Source of the DNA: an uncultured bacterium
GTDB lineage: Bacteria; JAJVIF01; JAPKYR01
Length of the DNA stretch: 21,098 nt
NCBI GenBank assembly: GCA_965369865.1
Contig: CBDURU010000060.1
Coordinates: forward strand, 1 to 21,098
Reading direction: 5' to 3'
A program made the translations under genes and the position numbers. Positions 17,163 through 21,098 of this stretch are shown here, one piece after another (the first letter of the stretch is position 1; each line of letters opens with the position of its first letter). Below the pieces are notes generated by a model. The model saw only the letters and a list, made by a program, of their open reading frames with translations. It was not told the DNA's origin and made no database searches.

Positions 17163-18055
17163 GTTTTTTCCTCCCTTGCTTTCCGGACCCCGTCCCTGAA
17201 CCCGCGTGAAAACGACATCATCGCACTATACACGCGAGGCCAGCTAACTATGAATTGTGGAAGTTCAACCGGCTCCTGGGTGGTTAATCTCCAGGCAACT
17301 AATTTTGTTTTGATAAACGGCACGATAAAGCTCAAGCCGGGTTTTGTCAGGAAACTCCCCGGAAGATCGTAGAGCATCCTGGCACGACCTGTACATTCCC
17401 CAAGACGGTGCTGGTGCCTGTAAATTTCATCAAGCATTGTTTTGTTGCGATGCCGGACAATCTGTTTCCGGTTGAAATGAAGCTTCTCGCCGGCTTTTTT
17501 CATTCTATCGAACAGGAGCACATCCTCGTTACCGAACTGGTCCTCGAGGAAAGGCCCGTATTTTTCGAAAACACTCCTTCGAATTGCCACGTTAACGGTC
17601 GGCTGAACACGTCTTTCGCCTTCCGGCGCATTACTGCCATATCCCGAAAATTCGCACCAGTGCGCGAGACGTGAATAACCCTCGTCAGGATTTCCGTTCA
17701 ACACAGGCCCGCCGACCGCACCGATATCAGGATTCCTTTCCAGGTAATCATGGATTGATTGCAACCAGCCCACATCGGCCCATGCATCGGCATCAATGAA
17801 GCAAATCACATCGCCCCCGGTATTCTTCACGCCATGATTACGAGCCTTTCCCGGGTACGCCTGTTCAGGCAGCTTGATGAGGTTTACATCTGTTTCCAAT
17901 GCCTTTACCACATCAGGCGTGCTGTCATCCGATGAATCTACGACAGTAATATCAAAATCACCGCTAAACCGGTTCCTATTTTCCCAGACCGATTCAATCG
18001 TCCGGGCTATCGTCCCGCTCGCATGATAGCTTGGTATGATGACATTCAGGTACAC
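17159..18055 (-). CDS. Glycosyltransferase family 2
   Basis: VIIPSY, VVDSSDD, PGKARN.G, FIDAD (DxD), N.AIRR..FE..G.F and NED motifs. Confidence 0.9.
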   Translation of the reverse strand: MYLNVIIPSYHASGTIARTIESVWENRNRFSGDFDITVVDSSDDSTPDVVKALETDVNLIKLPEQAYPGKARNHGVKNTGGDVICFIDADAWADVGWLQSIHDYLERNPDIGAVGGPVLNGNPDEGYSRLAHWCEFSGYGSNAPEGERRVQPTVNVAIRRSVFEKYGPFLEDQFGNEDVLLFDRMKKAGEKLHFNRKQIVRHRNKTMLDEIYRHQHRLGECTGRARMLYDLPGSFLTKPGLSFIVPFIKTKLVAWRLTTQEPVELPQFIVSWPRVYSAMMSFSRGFRDGVRKAREEKT

Positions 18056-18059
18056 AGTT

Positions 18060-19196
18060 TTATTTTAAGAATTCCTCAAGTTGATCTGCAATTTTTACTC
18101 CAGCATTTACGTCTCCGAATTTCCGTGCATTTTCACCCATCGACATTCGCTTTTCAGGATCGGTAACAAGTATCTCAATTTTACCCGCAAGGTTTAAAGG
18201 TTCCAAATATTTTTCCTCTATACAAAAAGCCGCGCCGGATTTCTCCCACTGCCTTGCATTGATGACCTGGTGATTTTCGGAAGATCCAGGATAGGGAATA
18301 ATAATCGCCGGAAGCCCCCTGCATGCGATTTCCGAAAGTGTCGACGCCCCGGCCCTTGAGACTACGATATCCGATGCTGCCAGATACTCCGGGAGGTTAC
18401 CCATGAATTCGATAACCTCGTACGATGAGTCGGGCAGCACATCCCTGTCGACTTTAACGTTATCGAGTTTACCCCCTCCACACTGGTGAATGGTTTTAAA
18501 ATCGACAGGCACGCCTTTACCCACTAATATTTTAATTGAGTCGGGCAATACACTGTTAATTCCCCGTGCTCCCTGGCTGCCGCCTGTAGCGAGGATAAGA
18601 AGCAAGTCATCGGCTAATCCCAGCCTGTTTCTTGCGTCTTTTCGATCCGTTTCCACAACTTCCCGACGTGCCGGAGCTCCAGTGGTAACTGTCCGGTTCG
18701 CAGGGAAAAATTTTTCCGCCTGTTCATACGCTGTGAAAATTAATTTCGCGTGTTTACCAAGATATCGATTGGTCAATCCGGGATACGCGTTCGGCTCGAT
18801 TATCACAAGCGGGGTACGGGTCATCCATGATGCCAGTCCAAGCGCACCCGCGGCAAATCCACCTGTCGTAAGCACAAAATCAGGTTTGATCTTCCGTACA
18901 ATACCGATCGACAGAAATATCGAAACGGCAAGAAACCATAGGGTCCTGATATTGTAAAAAATATTTACAAAATTTATTTTTCTTCGAATTTCTGTCTGCC
19001 TTAATCCGATAAAATCTATCCCTCTCGACGGGATCAAACGTGATTCCATACGGTGACTGCTTCCGAGCCATGTTACTTTTAGGTCGGGATGGCGTTCTAT
19101 TAAAACTTCCAGAACCGAGAGGGCAGGGAATATGTGCCCGCCGGTGCCACCGGCTGCGATAAGCAGTCTCTTTGAACCCTCCTTTGGATTGCTCAT
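18060..19196 (-). CDS. murG: MurG-like GT28 UDP-GlcNAc:lipid I N-acetylglucosaminyltransferase
   Basis: GGTGGH..PAL, TGGF, GGSQGA..IN, SRAGAST..E and PYP....HQ..NA motifs; 378 aa. HEQN and GNPVR appear here as IEPN and GAPAR. Confidence 0.88.
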   Translation of the reverse strand: MSNPKEGSKRLLIAAGGTGGHIFPALSVLEVLIERHPDLKVTWLGSSHRMESRLIPSRGIDFIGLRQTEIRRKINFVNIFYNIRTLWFLAVSIFLSIGIVRKIKPDFVLTTGGFAAGALGLASWMTRTPLVIIEPNAYPGLTNRYLGKHAKLIFTAYEQAEKFFPANRTVTTGAPARREVVETDRKDARNRLGLADDLLLILATGGSQGARGINSVLPDSIKILVGKGVPVDFKTIHQCGGGKLDNVKVDRDVLPDSSYEVIEFMGNLPEYLAASDIVVSRAGASTLSEIACRGLPAIIIPYPGSSENHQVINARQWEKSGAAFCIEEKYLEPLNLAGKIEILVTDPEKRMSMGENARKFGDVNAGVKIADQLEEFLK

Positions 19197-19325
19197 GTCG
19201 GAAGGTTAGCATGTATGGGCATGTTATTAAAAGTGTTTAGATATCTGGGACTTGGAGTGAAGCCGAATTTTTGCTAAACTGAGAGATTGCATTGTTAATA
19301 TACTTTAATTTTGTTAAGGTCTTTT

Positions 19326-19691
19326 ATGAGCTCGAAATATATTAAAGCCGATTCATACTATGCCATGATGGTAACTGTAGGATCAGTCGATGAAGGAAAA
19401 GACCTGGCACGTATCGTTGTCACCGAAAAACTTGCTGCCTGTGTAAATGTAATACCCGAAATTACATCCATCTACGAATGGGACGGCAAGGTTGAAGAAT
19501 CATCTGAAGCTTTACTAATCATCAAATCTAAAAAAGAATACCTTGAACGGCTCTCCGGCCTGATCCTTGAAAAGCATTCATACGATGTGCCCGAAATAAT
19601 AACATTTGAAATATCAGGAAGTCACTCTGATTACATTGCCTGGATAGATTCAGTACTCGGTAAAAATACACACGGGGAAGATGGAAAATGA
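19326..19691 (+). CDS. cutA: Divalent-cation tolerance protein CutA
   Basis: LAACVN, SIYEWDGKVE...E.LLIIK and HSYDVPEII motifs; ATG19326 preferred over TTG19311. Confidence 0.93.
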   Translation: MSSKYIKADSYYAMMVTVGSVDEGKDLARIVVTEKLAACVNVIPEITSIYEWDGKVEESSEALLIIKSKKEYLERLSGLILEKHSYDVPEIITFEISGSHSDYIAWIDSVLGKNTHGEDGK

Positions 19692-21031
19692 AAACCATTA
19701 CGTGCCGAATCCTCACAATTACCATTTCAATAATCCTGCTTATCCAACTGATCGGATGCCAGAAGTCTGCTGTCGACACCAGCGGTATCGATCGATTAAA
19801 CCACGGGATCGCCTACCTCGAACAGGGTGAATACAAAAATGCGATAACAGAACTCGAAGCTGCGCTTCGGGCAGACCCCACAAATTTCGAGGCCCTGAAA
19901 AACCTTGCCGGGGCATATGCGTTCGATGGCGATTGGACGACGGCCAGGGATAAATACATCGAAGCAAGGGAGATGCGTCCGAATGACCCGTCAAATTACG
20001 TAAACCTGGCGACTGTTTTCATGAATCTCCAGGAATTCAGTCTCGCATGGGACAACATCGAAATCGCGAGGAACACCGATCCAAGCTACCCATTGCTTCA
20101 TTATGTAGCGGGAGAACTGTTCCGGATTCAAGGGTACGAGGACGATGCTGTGGCTGCGTTCACTGAGTATATCTCGCTTGAACCGAACACAAGGCCCGCA
20201 GGCGATGCACGTGAGATTATAGAGCTTCTAAGACCCGGTCAATATGAAGACGAAGAAGATACTGATGATGAAACCGCCGAAGTTGAGGATGAAGAAACCG
20301 CCGAACCGGAACCGGAAATAATAGATGAAGAGCCGGAAGAAATTCCCGACGATGAGATTGAGGAAGATTCCGAGGAGAATGACGATGTTGAGATAGATGA
20401 GGAAGTGGACGAAGTCACAGACGATGTTGAGATAGATGAGGAAGTGGAGGAAGTCACAGATGAGGAGATAGATGATGAAGTAGAGGAAGTCACAGATGAT
20501 GAGATAGATGATGAAGTAGAAGAAGTCACAGATGATGAGATAGATGAGGAAGTAGAGGAAGTCACAGATGATGAAGAAAATGGCGATGACGAAGAAGAGA
20601 CTGACGATAGTGAAGACGAAATTCTGATCCCTGACCTTCCTGAATTGACCGGTGATGAATTATATACCGATCGATTGAGTCGCGGACGGCGGATGCGTGC
20701 GATTGGTTCCACACAGGCTGCAATTATGTTGCTGATGGTAGCTTATGAAGTCCATCCCGACTTCGCGATTGTCAATTACGAACTTGGCATGGCATATCTT
20801 GCCGACGGGCAGATCGAAAATGCCCGATATTACCTGGAACGTTATATCGGATTTGAAACCGATGAGACCCTGATTGCTGAGGTTCAGGCACGCCTTAACG
20901 CACTTGATGTGAATGAAACACCGGAAATTGATGAAGATGAAGAACCGGAAGATGAAGAATCTGAAACCGATGAAGAAGAAGATGTAGTAGAGGAAGAGGA
21001 GGAAGAAGAGGAAGGATTTACATTCTTCTGA
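19688..21031 (+). CDS. TPR-repeat lipoprotein with long Asp/Glu-rich linker and acidic tail
   Basis: Signal peptide with lipobox LIGC; about four N-terminal TPRs (e.g. GIAYLEQGEYKNAITELEAALRADP), an acidic linker of ~130 aa, two further TPR-like units (YELGMAY...G....A..YLERY) and a poly-Glu tail; ATGA overlap with cutA. Confidence 0.85.
   Translation: MKTITCRILTITISIILLIQLIGCQKSAVDTSGIDRLNHGIAYLEQGEYKNAITELEAALRADPTNFEALKNLAGAYAFDGDWTTARDKYIEAREMRPNDPSNYVNLATVFMNLQEFSLAWDNIEIARNTDPSYPLLHYVAGELFRIQGYEDDAVAAFTEYISLEPNTRPAGDAREIIELLRPGQYEDEEDTDDETAEVEDEETAEPEPEIIDEEPEEIPDDEIEEDSEENDDVEIDEEVDEVTDDVEIDEEVEEVTDEEIDDEVEEVTDDEIDDEVEEVTDDEIDEEVEEVTDDEENGDDEEETDDSEDEILIPDLPELTGDELYTDRLSRGRRMRAIGSTQAAIMLLMVAYEVHPDFAIVNYELGMAYLADGQIENARYYLERYIGFETDETLIAEVQARLNALDVNETPEIDEDEEPEDEESETDEEEDVVEEEEEEEEGFTFF
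20381..20566 (+). repeat. In-frame tandem repeat (2 x 39 nt + 3 x 36 nt)
   Basis: Units 20381-20419 and 20420-20458 encode DDVEIDEEV(D/E)EVT; units 20459-20494, 20495-20530 and 20531-20566 encode D(D/E)EID(D/E)EVEEVT; all end in GAAGTCACA. Confidence 0.93.
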
Positions 21032-21098
21032 AACCCGGCAACGAGATTAAATGCGGTTCTGACCTGTAATGGCGGTCAAACGAAACATAAGAAAGTCA

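Noticed and set aside
20381..20566. 36-39 nt repeats as a CRISPR array
   Set aside because: Units are directly adjacent with no unique spacers, are in frame within a CDS, and no cas genes are present.
20239..20712. Minus-strand Ser-rich 157-aa ORF
   Set aside because: Antisense shadow of the GAN-rich acidic linker in the TPR gene.

Overview
Bacterial chromosomal window with about 19 protein-coding genes; I saw no rRNA, tRNA, CRISPR array or mobile element. Gene order: 5'-truncated SBBP/beta-propeller repeat protein (+), pfkA (-), pyrH-frr-uppS (+), ECF sigma factor (+), a ZAS/zf-HC2 anti-sigma zinc finger fused to an HD-GYP domain (+), a CxxC-less thioredoxin-fold lipoprotein overlapping an AlkP-superfamily phosphodiesterase (+), a YtxH-like small protein, solitary bioY, a large FG-GAP/PQQ-repeat lipoprotein, ylmH-like S4 protein and rarA (+), a murG-GT2-SAM methyltransferase operon (-), then cutA and a TPR lipoprotein with a tandem-repeat acidic linker (+). 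Near-consensus sigma70 promoters and two intrinsic terminators are visible. The most interesting candidate is the ECF sigma factor followed by a soluble ZAS-HD-GYP fusion whose HD-GYP site looks partly degenerate (last metal-ligand Asp to Asn). This suggests, as inference only, an anti-sigma factor gated by a cyclic dinucleotide. The sigma gene is flanked by two long intergenic regions rich in inverted repeats. Secondary oddities are a murG outside the dcw cluster with altered N-domain motifs and a redox-inactive TlpA-like lipoprotein. All family calls are from motif recognition by eye, not database searches.
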